64,000 nt of DNA from Candidatus Parcubacteria bacterium (GCA_018664825.1 JABJNO010000025.1:3022-67021), one strand, 5' to 3'; shown: positions 30,183-40,154, counted from the stretch's first letter. Notes: generated from the sequence alone by a model not told the origin. Program-made: numbers and translations.

Positions 30183-31349
30183 TTATTTTATTTTCCAAAT
30201 TGTTATTTCTCGGTGAACTTTTTGATTGGGTCGATGGTATATCAGAGGCTTACCTACTAGCTCGAAACCTAAGTTTTGGATTATTTGTTTGTCTAGGGTA
30301 TGGAGTTGTTTATCATGGATATCAAATATCGGGAAAATAAATACTATTTTTCCAGATTTCTTTAATATTTTTTTGAATTGTTCAAAAGCATCATTGTACA
30401 ATTCTTGTAGTTCGTTTCTTATTTTATCTAGATGAGCTACACTTTTTTGTCTTTGAATAAAGCGAGCATCACCCATGTATGGTTCACTGACAATCAAGTC
30501 AAAATATTCATTAGAAAAACTTCTACTAATACTTTTTATATTGATTTTATTTATTTTTGGTTTGATTTTGAGGTTGAAAGTTTTGATTAGCCAGTCAGTA
30601 TTGGCTATAGCATCATTTACTGCCTTGTCAGAAACATCTGTACCGTATATTTTTTCAAAGCCCAAAAGCATCGCCTCCTGCAAAACAGTTCCAGATCCAC
30701 AGAAAGGGTCGAGTATTGTCTTATTTCGCTCAGAACCAGCCAAATTTAGCATCATTTGAGCCAATTTTGGAGGTAGCATGCCCGATTTGTCGTCTCGATT
30801 GGGTCTTTTCATGTCTCGTAGACCATATTTGGCAAAATCTTGAACAGCCTCGGTAATCCCTAGGATCCACTGCTCATCTTTTTTTATCACAACGAGCTCT
30901 GAACCAATCAATTTATTTTTTGTGACAATCACAGATGATAGTTGTTCTTCTCGGCTACTGACCAAACGAATTTTATGTTTTGATTTTAATTCTCTTTTTA
31001 TATCCAGGGCAATAGACTGGATGATGCTATATTCTTTGTGACTACCATCATAAAGGCTAAAGCCAAAATTTGTCTTTTGCTCGTTGGATAGGGGGATATT
31101 TTTTATCCAAAAACTTGCCAAATCTTCGAGACTTTTTAGTTTATCCAAGAGCCTGGCAACTTTTATAGTACCGCCCAAATTCTTCATGATTTCTTTGGCT
31201 TTGGACTCACTTTCTATAATCAAAAAATTACTTCCTGTCTCTAAGATTTTATTTGGTGAAGAACCTAGCCAGTTGGTTGCTTCTTGGCGAGCCAAATCAG
31301 TAGATTGACCCAATATTAGTATATATTTGTTCACTTGTTTAGAAATCAA
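30183..31349 (-). CDS. SAM-dependent RNA methyltransferase (Trm11/UPF0020-like)
   Basis: LPPKLAQMM, ILDPFCGSGT motif I, VSEPY motif IV; true start may be the GTG of VNKYIL. Confidence 0.8.
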   Translation of the reverse strand: MISKQVNKYILILGQSTDLARQEATNWLGSSPNKILETGSNFLIIESESKAKEIMKNLGGTIKVARLLDKLKSLEDLASFWIKNIPLSNEQKTNFGFSLYDGSHKEYSIIQSIALDIKRELKSKHKIRLVSSREEQLSSVIVTKNKLIGSELVVIKKDEQWILGITEAVQDFAKYGLRDMKRPNRDDKSGMLPPKLAQMMLNLAGSERNKTILDPFCGSGTVLQEAMLLGFEKIYGTDVSDKAVNDAIANTDWLIKTFNLKIKPKINKINIKSISRSFSNEYFDLIVSEPYMGDARFIQRQKSVAHLDKIRNELQELYNDAFEQFKKILKKSGKIVFIFPIFDIHDKQLHTLDKQIIQNLGFELVGKPLIYHRPNQKVHREITIWKIK

Positions 31350-31437
31350 TAGTTATTTTGTTCCGCACCCAGTAAGAGTGGCGGGATTCATAGGTACATA
31401 ATAGGTTAAATAGTGGATTTAGGCAACTTGCACAACC

Positions 31438-31466
31438 TTGACTTAAGGTTTTGGATATGTTAGAGT
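31438..31466 (+). promoter_or_regulatory. Putative promoter of the rpsF operon
   Basis: TTGACT, 17-nt spacer, TAGAGT with extended TG. Confidence 0.5.
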
Positions 31467-31568
31467 ATTCAAAGTCTAATAGATCTTTATTTTAATTAAC
31501 CAAGTCTGTTTTGCTTTATGCAAAGCAACCCTTGATTCATCAAGAAATCAAGGTAATTAGGTAGATTT

Positions 31569-32060
31569 ATGAATTACGAACTATCTTTTATTATCAGTTC
31601 TGCAATTCCAGAAACAGAACATGATAAAGTACAACAAGAGATTTTGAGCTACATAGAAAAAGCTGGAGCCAAAATTTCTAAACAGCCACAAGTGATTGGC
31701 CGTCGAAAATTAGCTTATCCTATCAAAAAGCAAAAACATGGGTTTTATGTGTTTTTGGAATTTGAAACAGAGGATAAAACAGGTTTTGTAGAAATGGAAA
31801 CCAAGATTAAACATAATCCTGGTATTTTACGACATTTGCTTATCAAAAAAGATGTAAAAGTGTCAGCTGTGGCACCAGAAGTCAAACAAGCAAAGCCTAC
31901 CAAGCCAGCTTTTGAAGCCAAGCCAAAAACAGAGGAGAAGTCCGAGGAGAAGCCTCAAGAATCAGAAGCAAAGCCTGTTACTGAGGAAATCAAGCTTGAC
32001 CTAGGAGATATCGACAAAAGATTGGATGAGATACTGGGTTCTGATCCAAAAGTAGACTAA
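31569..32060 (+). CDS. rpsF: 30S ribosomal protein S6 with a C-terminal extension
   Basis: MNYELSFI, GRRKLAYPIKK, ILRHLLIK; synteny with ssb-rpsR. Confidence 0.95.
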   Translation: MNYELSFIISSAIPETEHDKVQQEILSYIEKAGAKISKQPQVIGRRKLAYPIKKQKHGFYVFLEFETEDKTGFVEMETKIKHNPGILRHLLIKKDVKVSAVAPEVKQAKPTKPAFEAKPKTEEKSEEKPQESEAKPVTEEIKLDLGDIDKRLDEILGSDPKVD

Positions 32061-32084
32061 GTAGATTATTAAAGAGATAATCAT

Positions 32085-32555
32085 ATGAATTTAAACAAAG
32101 CAATGGTCATAGGAAATGTAGTTCGCGATCCTGAAATGCGCTCTACAAACGGTGGCCAAAATGTTACTTCTTTTTCAATTGCCACCAATATGGTTTGGAA
32201 AGATCAAACTACTGGTGAGAAAAAAGAAAAAGCTGAATTTCACAATATTGTAGCCTGGAGACGTTTGGCTGAAATTAGTAGCCAATATCTAAAGAAGGGC
32301 AGTAAAGTTTATATTGAAGGTCGTTTACAAACCAGGTCTTGGGATGATCCAAATGGTGTCAAAAGATATCGTACAGAGATTATCACCGAAAACATGATCA
32401 TGCTTGATAGAGCAGGAGCCAATGTTGACGGAGGAGACGGTGGCTATACAGCTCAGCCAGCTCCAAAACAAGATGCGCCTGTACAACAACAAGCACAAAA
32501 AACTGATAACAATGTAAGCGAAGAAGAAATCAGTATTGAAGACATACCATTTTAA
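32085..32555 (+). CDS. ssb: Single-stranded DNA-binding protein
   Basis: NKAMVIGN..DPE, KGSKVYIEGRLQTRSW, C-terminal EDIPF. Confidence 0.97.
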   Translation: MNLNKAMVIGNVVRDPEMRSTNGGQNVTSFSIATNMVWKDQTTGEKKEKAEFHNIVAWRRLAEISSQYLKKGSKVYIEGRLQTRSWDDPNGVKRYRTEIITENMIMLDRAGANVDGGDGGYTAQPAPKQDAPVQQQAQKTDNNVSEEEISIEDIPF

Positions 32556-32575
32556 TAAATTTTTAAGTTTTAATT

Positions 32576-32794
32576 ATGCATAAAAAATTAATTAACAAAT
32601 ATTGCTATTTTTGTGTTAACAATATTTCACATATTGATTATAAAAATTGGCAACAACTACAAAAGTTTACCTCTTCTTATAACAAGATTGTTCCAAAAAG
32701 AAGAAGTGGAGCTTGTTCAAAACACCAAAGAAAGTTGACTACCGGTATCAAGAGAGCTCGTTTTATGGCTCTATTACCATTTGCTGCAAAATAA
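32576..32794 (+). CDS. rpsR: 30S ribosomal protein S18 (Zn-binding form)
   Basis: CYFC, IDYK, CSKHQR, IKRARFMALLPF. Confidence 0.96.
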   Translation: MHKKLINKYCYFCVNNISHIDYKNWQQLQKFTSSYNKIVPKRRSGACSKHQRKLTTGIKRARFMALLPFAAK

Positions 32795-32795
32795 T

Positions 32796-33356
32796 ATGTT
32801 ATCATTGAGTGATTTAAAATTAGGTAAGGTGATTAGTGTAAACAATGATCCGTATCAAATAGTTTTTACCCAACATATAAAAGTAGCCCGAGGTGGAGCA
32901 GTTGTTAAAACCAAATTAAAAAATTTGGCTGGTGGTTCTACTTTGGAAAAGACGTTTAATGGTTCGGATAGTATAGAGGATGCTGACATCGATCATCGTA
33001 AAGCAAATTTTTTGTACACGACTGATGATGATTATTTTTTCATGGACAACGAAGATTTTGAACAATTTCAATTTGCCAGTGACGTTTTGGGTGATATGAC
33101 AAAGTATTTGGTTGAAGGACAAGAAGTTGATGTTTTGATTTTCAATGACAAGCCAGTTTCTGTGGCATTGCCAACCAAGATTACTCTAAATGTAAAATCA
33201 GCCCCTGAAGGAGTCAAGGGAAATAGTGCCGGAGCAGTCACCAAGGTAATAGTTTTGGAAACGGATGTAGAAATAAGAACTCCACTTTTTATAAAGGCCG
33301 GAGACAAGGTGGTTGTCAATACTGAAACAGGAGAATACGTCGAAAGAACACAATAA
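32796..33356 (+). CDS. efp: Elongation factor P
   Basis: YFFMDNEDFEQ, PEGVKGNS, PLFIKAGD..VNTETGEYVER; ATG at 32796 directly after the rpsR stop. Confidence 0.95.
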   Translation: MLSLSDLKLGKVISVNNDPYQIVFTQHIKVARGGAVVKTKLKNLAGGSTLEKTFNGSDSIEDADIDHRKANFLYTTDDDYFFMDNEDFEQFQFASDVLGDMTKYLVEGQEVDVLIFNDKPVSVALPTKITLNVKSAPEGVKGNSAGAVTKVIVLETDVEIRTPLFIKAGDKVVVNTETGEYVERTQ

Positions 33357-33370
33357 CTTTTTATAAAAAT

Positions 33371-33401
33371 AACCTTCGAGGTTAAAAAAACCTCGAAGGT
33401 T
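33371..33401. repeat. Inverted REP pair (AACCTTCGAGGTT / AACCTCGAAGGTT) acting as probable efp terminator
   Basis: Identical to the palindromes around the transposase at 42475-43200; followed by a T-run. Confidence 0.8.
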
Positions 33402-33480
33402 ATTTTTTTTGTTTATATTGGTAATTAGCACTTAAATATGTTATAATATAAAACGAATGAACAACAATATAAAATAAAAA

Positions 33481-35019
33481 ATGCCAACATTAAATAATAC
33501 TAAAAATCAAACTTCTTCAAAAGATAATTGGTCTGATAATTTATTAATCAAGGATAAAGGTGGTAAATTGCACCACTTGAATTCATCAAATAAAGATAAA
33601 AATGTTGGTTCTTTTAGTAAAAAAAGTACAGAAATTGATCATAATTTGAGCTTAGCACCAGCTGATGATAGTTTTTCTGCCAATCAACTTATCGATGGTA
33701 CAGCCGAGACCAGGGCGGATCTTGTGTTTCACCCAGAAGATGATCAACAACTAAAAAAAATTGCCAAAAATATACCTCTCGATGGTAGTAAAAAATACAG
33801 CATTGATAAAATAGCGGAGAGGATAATCGAAAAGCAAGGATTAAAATTTGATACTGGAAATAAAAAGTTATTTATTGATATTCTTTTTGATTTTTTTCGT
33901 AATCGTAAAAAAGCATCAGGAGTACGAGAAATTTTATCTAGTAAAATAAAATCTGCAAAAAAGAGCCTAGCCTTGGAAGTTGTTGATAATATAGTATCCG
34001 TGATCAAAGGTATAAAGGCAAAAGTAGATTCTCAAAGTGGTCTAGTGGTTAGGATGTCAGAAATAGAAAAACCTCCTGTTAAAATTCAACCAGAAATTAC
34101 ACAAAAAATATTACCAGAAATTGGACCACCAAAAGTTGTTTATGATTTGGACGAAGAGGCAGATACTAGTGATATTCAAGAATTGGCTAAATTTGTTGGT
34201 GATATTCCAAAAGAAAAATTTGAAATTCCGGATAAAAAAGCACCTATTGTCAAAGATTTGGAGTCAGATTTGAAAGAAACATTGGAAATAGAAAAAGAGT
34301 TACCCAAAGATATTGAACAAGCTCCAAAGAAAGAAGAAGAGGAAAAGCCTCAGCCTATTCCTGTCAAAATTGTTGAGCCGCCAAAGCAGGAGCCAAAAGA
34401 AGACGTGGTCCTTGCCAAGGTTGCAGATGACAAGAAAGAACCAGGTGGAGGATTTGAAATTCCGGATAAAAAAGCACCTATTGTCAAAGGCTCTGGACAA
34501 ATCAAAGATCAGCCAAAACCGATTAAAAGTTCAGCTACACACGCCAAGGGACTTGAACAAATCAAAAAAGAACCAGTGACCGCTTCTTTGCCAAAAGTTG
34601 TTCGTCCTATGCAGGATGCTAAAAATCAGATTAGTGATGTAAAAACTCAACCAAAACCAGCACCAATGGCACCAAGAGCTGTTCCTAAACATGCTTTGAG
34701 TGGACCGGTGCAAGAGTTACAGGTTTTGGATTTGCACAATTGGAGAAATTTGGGTGACGATGCAGATAGTAGGGCTGAGAGATTGATGGAAAAGATAAAT
34801 ATGTTAGAAGAAGAATCGTTTACCAAAAAAGCCCAAGGTATAGATGCTTGGAGAAAGAGTCCTGTTCATCAAGAATATTTGGAGTTAGGGGCAGAGAGTA
34901 TGGGTCAGGGTAAAGAAGTATCAACCTTGATTACCGAATATGAGCAACAAGGTAAAGAAACCTTATCAATAGAAGAATTTGCCGCTGTATCTGATTTAAA
35001 TAAAAAATTAAGGTTCTAG
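33481..35019 (+). CDS. Hypothetical protein with a low-complexity P/E/K linker, first gene of the PrgI/VirB4 operon
   Basis: Long ORF; globular C-terminus GPVQEL..DAWRKSP..EEFAAVSDLN; internal FEIPDKKAPIVK duplication. Confidence 0.7.
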   Translation: MPTLNNTKNQTSSKDNWSDNLLIKDKGGKLHHLNSSNKDKNVGSFSKKSTEIDHNLSLAPADDSFSANQLIDGTAETRADLVFHPEDDQQLKKIAKNIPLDGSKKYSIDKIAERIIEKQGLKFDTGNKKLFIDILFDFFRNRKKASGVREILSSKIKSAKKSLALEVVDNIVSVIKGIKAKVDSQSGLVVRMSEIEKPPVKIQPEITQKILPEIGPPKVVYDLDEEADTSDIQELAKFVGDIPKEKFEIPDKKAPIVKDLESDLKETLEIEKELPKDIEQAPKKEEEEKPQPIPVKIVEPPKQEPKEDVVLAKVADDKKEPGGGFEIPDKKAPIVKGSGQIKDQPKPIKSSATHAKGLEQIKKEPVTASLPKVVRPMQDAKNQISDVKTQPKPAPMAPRAVPKHALSGPVQELQVLDLHNWRNLGDDADSRAERLMEKINMLEEESFTKKAQGIDAWRKSPVHQEYLELGAESMGQGKEVSTLITEYEQQGKETLSIEEFAAVSDLNKKLRF

Positions 35020-35023
35020 ATTT

Positions 35024-35485
35024 ATGCAAGATAAATTTATAGTGCCACAATTTATTGATTCAGAGGATAAGATTTGGGGACCGATTACTGTTCGTCAGTT
35101 TATTCTGGTTATTGTTGGAGGTTTATTTATTTTTTTAGCCTATAAATTTTCAGATTTTACTTTGTTTTTATTGCAAACTATTTCGATAGCTATATTTGTT
35201 GGTTTATTTGCTTTTTATAGAGTAAATGGAGCTCCTTTTCATCTTTTTGCCATAAATGTAATTCAAACTTATAAAAAACCAAAAATTAGAGTTTGGTTAA
35301 AAGAGTATATTCGAATAGAGCAAATAAAAAGCAAAGAAGAGGGAAAGGTAGAAAAAATTATTCCTCGTAGACCTTTTATTGCCCAAAGCAAACTTTCGGA
35401 GTTATCTTTGATTATAGATACGGGTGGCATTTATAAAGGAGAACAAAGGGCCAATGGTTTAAATAATGTAGAAGTAAAGAAATAA
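35024..35485 (+). CDS. PrgI-family (VirB3-like) membrane protein
   Basis: VPQFIDSEDKIWGPITVRQF plus two TM helices. Confidence 0.85.
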   Translation: MQDKFIVPQFIDSEDKIWGPITVRQFILVIVGGLFIFLAYKFSDFTLFLLQTISIAIFVGLFAFYRVNGAPFHLFAINVIQTYKKPKIRVWLKEYIRIEQIKSKEEGKVEKIIPRRPFIAQSKLSELSLIIDTGGIYKGEQRANGLNNVEVKK

Positions 35486-35495
35486 TTGATAATAT

Positions 35496-36176
35496 ATGAA
35501 GAACAAAAAATTAGCAGGAGGCAAGCCAAATCAATCAACTCAAAAATATTTAGATATTGCAGAAATTCGAGATGATATCGTTATTTTAAATGACGGTACT
35601 GTTCGGGGAGTATTGTTGATATCATCTATCAATTTTGATTTAAAATCTGAAGATGAACAAAGAGCGATTATTGGTGGGTATGTTAGTTTTTTAAACACCC
35701 TGGATTATCCTTTGCAGATAGTTATCCAATCTAGGCCTTTGAATATTGATGATTATTTAGATAGGTTAAAAAAGGTAGAAAAAGAGCAGACCAATGAATC
35801 TCTTCGTATGCAGACAGTTGATTATCGACAATTTATCAATGAGCTGCTTACTTTGGAAAAGATTATGAGTAAAAAGTTTTTTGTAGTTGTACCTTATCGT
35901 CCAGTTAGTGACAAAAAGAAAGGCTTTATTGATAGATTTGGGTCTGTATTTTCTACAGCCAAAGTAGTCCAGTTGAGCCGTAAAAGATTTGATGAATTTA
36001 ATAGCAAAGTAAATAAACGTTGTGATTTTGTGATGTCTGGTTTGGCTAGTCTTGGTCTCAGGAGTCAGAGACTAAATACTCAGGCCTTGATTGAACTTTA
36101 TTACAATAGTTATAACCCAGATTTATTCCAAAGACAGCCTTTGGAAACAATGGATAAATTAAGAGTGGAAACATAA
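35496..36176 (+). CDS. VirB4 N-terminal-like T4SS accessory protein
   Basis: SINFDLKSEDEQ..FLNTLDYPLQIVIQSR; ELYYNSYNP; lies between PrgI and the ATPase. Confidence 0.7.
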   Translation: MKNKKLAGGKPNQSTQKYLDIAEIRDDIVILNDGTVRGVLLISSINFDLKSEDEQRAIIGGYVSFLNTLDYPLQIVIQSRPLNIDDYLDRLKKVEKEQTNESLRMQTVDYRQFINELLTLEKIMSKKFFVVVPYRPVSDKKKGFIDRFGSVFSTAKVVQLSRKRFDEFNSKVNKRCDFVMSGLASLGLRSQRLNTQALIELYYNSYNPDLFQRQPLETMDKLRVET

Positions 36177-36177
36177 A

Positions 36178-38109
36178 ATGTTTGGATTTAAAAAAATAAA
36201 AGAAGCAACCTCTAATCAGGCTAAGCAAGCAGGGCAAGTTGCCAACGCGTCTCAATCTGCTTTACCTCCCACCAAAGAAAACAAGGGGCAGGTAATGGAA
36301 AAAGACAAGGCTTTGTTGGAGGCAGAAAAAGTATTTAGAGAAGGCGTTGTAAGTGTGCGTGATGTGATAGCACCAGCTGCTTTCAAAGTAGATAGTAATT
36401 TTTTGAGACTCAATGATGTCTATGTGCGGACATTGTTTGTGATGACTTATCCTAGGTATGTGACCATTGGTTGGTTTGCTCCGATTATCAACGAGAGCCT
36501 GACCTTGGATATTGCTATGTTCTTTTATCCTCTGGATATTCAGTTGGTTTTGAAGCAATTGAGAAATAAAGTAGGTACAATGGAGGCTCAGATTATTTCT
36601 GATCATGAAAAAGGTGCTCCGCGTGATCCGATTGCCGAAACTGCCCTTCGAGACATTGAAGGTCTTAGAGATGGCTTGAGCCAGGGTACAGAAAAGTTTT
36701 TTCAATTTTCTTTGTATGTCACTATTTATTCAAAAGATAAAGATGAGTTAGAAACAGCTACTGATCGTATTGAAAATTTATTGGGCATGCAGTTGATTTA
36801 CTCTAGAAAATCTTTGTTTCAATCAGAGCAGGGATTCAACTCTACTTTGCCCTTGGGTAATGATGAATTATCTATTTCTACAAATATGAATAGTTCGCCG
36901 ATTGCATCTTCTTTTCCTTTTGTGTCTAGTGAGCTTACTTCAGATGAGGGTATTTTGTACGGTATAAATAGACATAACAATAGTTTGATATTATTTGATA
37001 GATTTAGCTTGCAAAACGCCAATATGGTAGTTTTTGCTACATCTGGTGCTGGTAAGAGTTATGCTATTAAGCTAGAAGTATTACGTTCAATGATGATAGG
37101 TTCGGATGTGATTATTATTGATCCAGAAAATGAATATAGACATCTTTCAGAAGCTGTAAATGGTGCTTATATCAATGTTTCTCTAAATTCAGAAAGTAAA
37201 CTAAACCCTTTTGATTTACCAAGAGGAGTAGGAGGAGAAAGTAAGCCAGAGGATATATTGAGATCTGCGGTCATCACCTTGAAAGGTTTGATCCGTTTGA
37301 TGATTGGTGATGTGACAAATGCAGAAGATTCTCTGCTTGATAGGGCATTGCTCGAAACTTATGCCAAAAAAGATATTACAGCAAGTAGTGACCTTTCAAA
37401 TATAGAACCACCTTTGATGTCTGACCTTGAAGAGGTATTACTTAGTATGGAAGGCGGAGAAGATATGGCCTTGCGCATCAAAAAATATACCGAAGGTACT
37501 TTTTCTGGACTATTCAATAGCCCAACCAATGTTCAGGTTGATAATCAGCTGATTATTTTTAGTATTAGAGATCTAGAAGATGAGCTGAGGCCTATTGCGA
37601 TGTATGTAATTGTAAATTATATTTGGAATATTATCCGTAGTGAGCTCAAACGAAGGATTTTGGTAGTTGATGAGGCCTGGATTATGATGAGGCACGAAGA
37701 TAGTGCCAAATTTATGTTTGCCCTAGTAAAACGTTGTCGAAAATATTATCTAGGTGTGACGACTATTACCCAGGATGTAAATGATTTTCTTACCTCTCCA
37801 TTTGGTAATGCTATTGTGACCAACTCTTCTATGCAAATGTTGCTCAAACAATCACCCGCATCTATTGGTCTTATTCAAAAGACATTTATGCTTACTGAGG
37901 GTGAAAAATATCTATTATTGGAATCTGGTGTTGGTGAAGGAATATTTTTTGCCGGATCAAAGCATGCGGCTATAAAGATACAAGCTTCGTATACAGAACA
38001 TCAGCTAATTACTTCTGACCCTCGTCAATTGTTGGAAATTGAAGAAGCCAAAAAAGAGTTTGAAGAGGCAATGATGCTGGAAGCAGAAGGTGGTACTACC
38101 AATGTTTAG
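36178..38109 (+). CDS. VirB4/TraC-like T4SS ATPase
   Basis: Walker A ATSGAGKS, IIDPENEY, Walker B LVVDEAW, RKY..ITQDV. Confidence 0.9.
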   Translation: MFGFKKIKEATSNQAKQAGQVANASQSALPPTKENKGQVMEKDKALLEAEKVFREGVVSVRDVIAPAAFKVDSNFLRLNDVYVRTLFVMTYPRYVTIGWFAPIINESLTLDIAMFFYPLDIQLVLKQLRNKVGTMEAQIISDHEKGAPRDPIAETALRDIEGLRDGLSQGTEKFFQFSLYVTIYSKDKDELETATDRIENLLGMQLIYSRKSLFQSEQGFNSTLPLGNDELSISTNMNSSPIASSFPFVSSELTSDEGILYGINRHNNSLILFDRFSLQNANMVVFATSGAGKSYAIKLEVLRSMMIGSDVIIIDPENEYRHLSEAVNGAYINVSLNSESKLNPFDLPRGVGGESKPEDILRSAVITLKGLIRLMIGDVTNAEDSLLDRALLETYAKKDITASSDLSNIEPPLMSDLEEVLLSMEGGEDMALRIKKYTEGTFSGLFNSPTNVQVDNQLIIFSIRDLEDELRPIAMYVIVNYIWNIIRSELKRRILVVDEAWIMMRHEDSAKFMFALVKRCRKYYLGVTTITQDVNDFLTSPFGNAIVTNSSMQMLLKQSPASIGLIQKTFMLTEGEKYLLLESGVGEGIFFAGSKHAAIKIQASYTEHQLITSDPRQLLEIEEAKKEFEEAMMLEAEGGTTNV

Positions 38110-38134
38110 TTTTAATAAAAAATAACATAAATAT

Positions 38135-38707
38135 ATGGATGAACAACAAAAGAAAAAAGCTTTTTGGTTGGCAGTAATAATTTTGATTGTTATTGGAGTA
38201 TTATTTTTCTTCCTAGTAATTAGGGACAAGAATAATACAGAGATTGAGGCAGAGGGGGATGAAGGAATACCGGAGTTTCAAGTACCTAGCGCAAACATCA
38301 AATTTGATCCAGAATTGCCACCCGTTGCTACCAATGCAGAGTTTTCAGCTATTAATTTGGCAAAAAATTATGTAGAGAGACTTGGTAGCTGGTCTACAGA
38401 CAATCAACTGCACAATTTGGAAGAATTAATACCACTTAGTTCAGCCAAGATGAGAATCAACTTGGATAGTGTAGAGGCAGATTACAGTAATGATGATTTT
38501 AGTGGTATTACAACCAAGAGTTTGACTACTGAGGTGTTATCCATGGATGAAAAATCTGCTGAGATAATAGTTGGTACACAGAGGATAGCTACAAGGGAAG
38601 AAAAGTCAAAGAAAGGTGTAACCGAAAATGTATATACACAAGAAGCAAAGGTAAGTCTGATAAAATCAGGCAATACTTGGCTAGTTGATGAAGTTGAGTG
38701 GCAATAA
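38135..38707 (+). CDS. Bitopic membrane protein, possible VirB8/TcpC-like (NTF2-fold) T4SS component
   Basis: N-terminal TM; C-terminal VSLIKSGNTWLVD strand pattern; follows VirB4. Confidence 0.5.
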   Translation: MDEQQKKKAFWLAVIILIVIGVLFFFLVIRDKNNTEIEAEGDEGIPEFQVPSANIKFDPELPPVATNAEFSAINLAKNYVERLGSWSTDNQLHNLEELIPLSSAKMRINLDSVEADYSNDDFSGITTKSLTTEVLSMDEKSAEIIVGTQRIATREEKSKKGVTENVYTQEAKVSLIKSGNTWLVDEVEWQ

Positions 38708-38731
38708 TTTATAATTATTAAGAATAAGAAT

Positions 38732-39022
38732 ATGGCAGAGGTACAGATCAGGGAATTGGAAAAAGAAATAAAAGACCAATTAGATAGAATTTATAAATTA
38801 TTGGATGAAAAGAAAAGTGCGGAGTTTATTAAGATAGAGTATAAAAGGGTTGTTGAGTTAATCTCTCAAAAGTATTTATTGATGAAGGATGAGATGCAAA
38901 AGAGAAAAAATCAAACAGACCCAACCGAATTTGCTAAACAAATGGCAGGCTTGGATGCACATTATAAAGATGATGTAATTGCAATTGCTGTCGGCATTGA
39001 TAATACATTAGAAGGTAAATAA
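38732..39022 (+). CDS. Small helical hypothetical protein
   Basis: 96-aa ORF tightly packed in the operon. Confidence 0.65.
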   Translation: MAEVQIRELEKEIKDQLDRIYKLLDEKKSAEFIKIEYKRVVELISQKYLLMKDEMQKRKNQTDPTEFAKQMAGLDAHYKDDVIAIAVGIDNTLEGK

Positions 39023-39037
39023 TTTTAGACAGAAGCT

Positions 39038-40135
39038 ATGGTTGGTCCTGGGAACATTTCAATGCCAATGCAGTCCTATCTACAAGGTGCTTTGGGTACT
39101 ATGGTAGGTGAGGTTTTGAGTGATGTCATGATAAGTGATTATGATATCCAGGCTTTTAAAGAGGGTGGCAAAAAAGATATAATGAAAACGGCTCTAGTGA
39201 GGGCCGTTGGTAAACTTACATCTTCTTTGACCTATGGCATGGTTCATGGTGGCGATATTCAAAATTATCGAGAAACTGGCTCTTTGAAAGAAACTTTGAT
39301 GAAAAAGGACCTGGTCGGAATGGCTCTGACTGCGGCTACTATAGCAATGCCTCAATTGGCTATAGCCACAGCAGTAGCTAGGAGAGTTGGTCCAGAGATT
39401 ACAGCTGAAGATATAGCCAAAAAAGCAGGCGAAGCAAAGGCTGGTATCCAGAGCAGGGTGATGGATTTAGAGATGGATCTTATGGAGGAGGATCCGGAGA
39501 TTGCAGATGCTTATGATCCCAACTTGGATCCGGACTTTCAAAAATCTAGAGAGGCAGGTGGTTATGTGCCTCCTGGTAATGAGAGGACAGTAGGGCGTCA
39601 GCTGAGAGCGATGCAAAAAGGTTCTGGTGATGATGACAATCAACCAGATTCAGGTGAGGACTCAGGTGAGGGTAAGGAGGGTGCATCACCCGATGGAAAT
39701 GAACAAAGTAAAATGAGAGCCTTAAAAGGAGAAAAGAGTAAGGCTCAAGCCAAAAAAAAGAAACAAGCTCAAGCCAAAGCCAAGAAACAACTTGAGGCAA
39801 AGATAAAAAAGAAGATAACCGACATGGCTCTTAAGGCAGGATTTAGGACGGCGGCAGCTGGCTCAGCAGCCACGTTGATAGGGCTTGTTGTTACTTATAT
39901 ATTGTGGGCTATTCAAATTATTGCTGGTAACTGGCTCAAATCACAAATAATTCCACCACTTGGTTTAGGAGAGAGGATTGCATTTGGTGTTGTTACATTT
40001 ATTATGGTACTTGCAGTTATTATCGCTTTTATTTTTGTCATGTTGACCTTTGTGTTGATGAATGGATGGGTTATAGCACTTAGTTATTTTGGTTCAGAGA
40101 TGGTATTATTTTTTAAAGATTTTTTAGGAATGTAA
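39038..40135 (+). CDS. Hypothetical membrane protein with C-terminal TM helices
   Basis: Acidic then Lys-rich linker, 2-3 C-terminal hydrophobic helices. Confidence 0.7.
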   Translation: MVGPGNISMPMQSYLQGALGTMVGEVLSDVMISDYDIQAFKEGGKKDIMKTALVRAVGKLTSSLTYGMVHGGDIQNYRETGSLKETLMKKDLVGMALTAATIAMPQLAIATAVARRVGPEITAEDIAKKAGEAKAGIQSRVMDLEMDLMEEDPEIADAYDPNLDPDFQKSREAGGYVPPGNERTVGRQLRAMQKGSGDDDNQPDSGEDSGEGKEGASPDGNEQSKMRALKGEKSKAQAKKKKQAQAKAKKQLEAKIKKKITDMALKAGFRTAAAGSAATLIGLVVTYILWAIQIIAGNWLKSQIIPPLGLGERIAFGVVTFIMVLAVIIAFIFVMLTFVLMNGWVIALSYFGSEMVLFFKDFLGM

Positions 40136-40154
40136 TATAAATTAAAATTTTTAT

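Noticed and set aside
31500-31568. S6:S18 autoregulatory leader RNA upstream of rpsF
   Set aside because: Hairpins exist (TTGCTTT/AAAGCAA, CCTTGATT/AATCAAGG), but the diagnostic motif and SD pairing cannot be confirmed by eye
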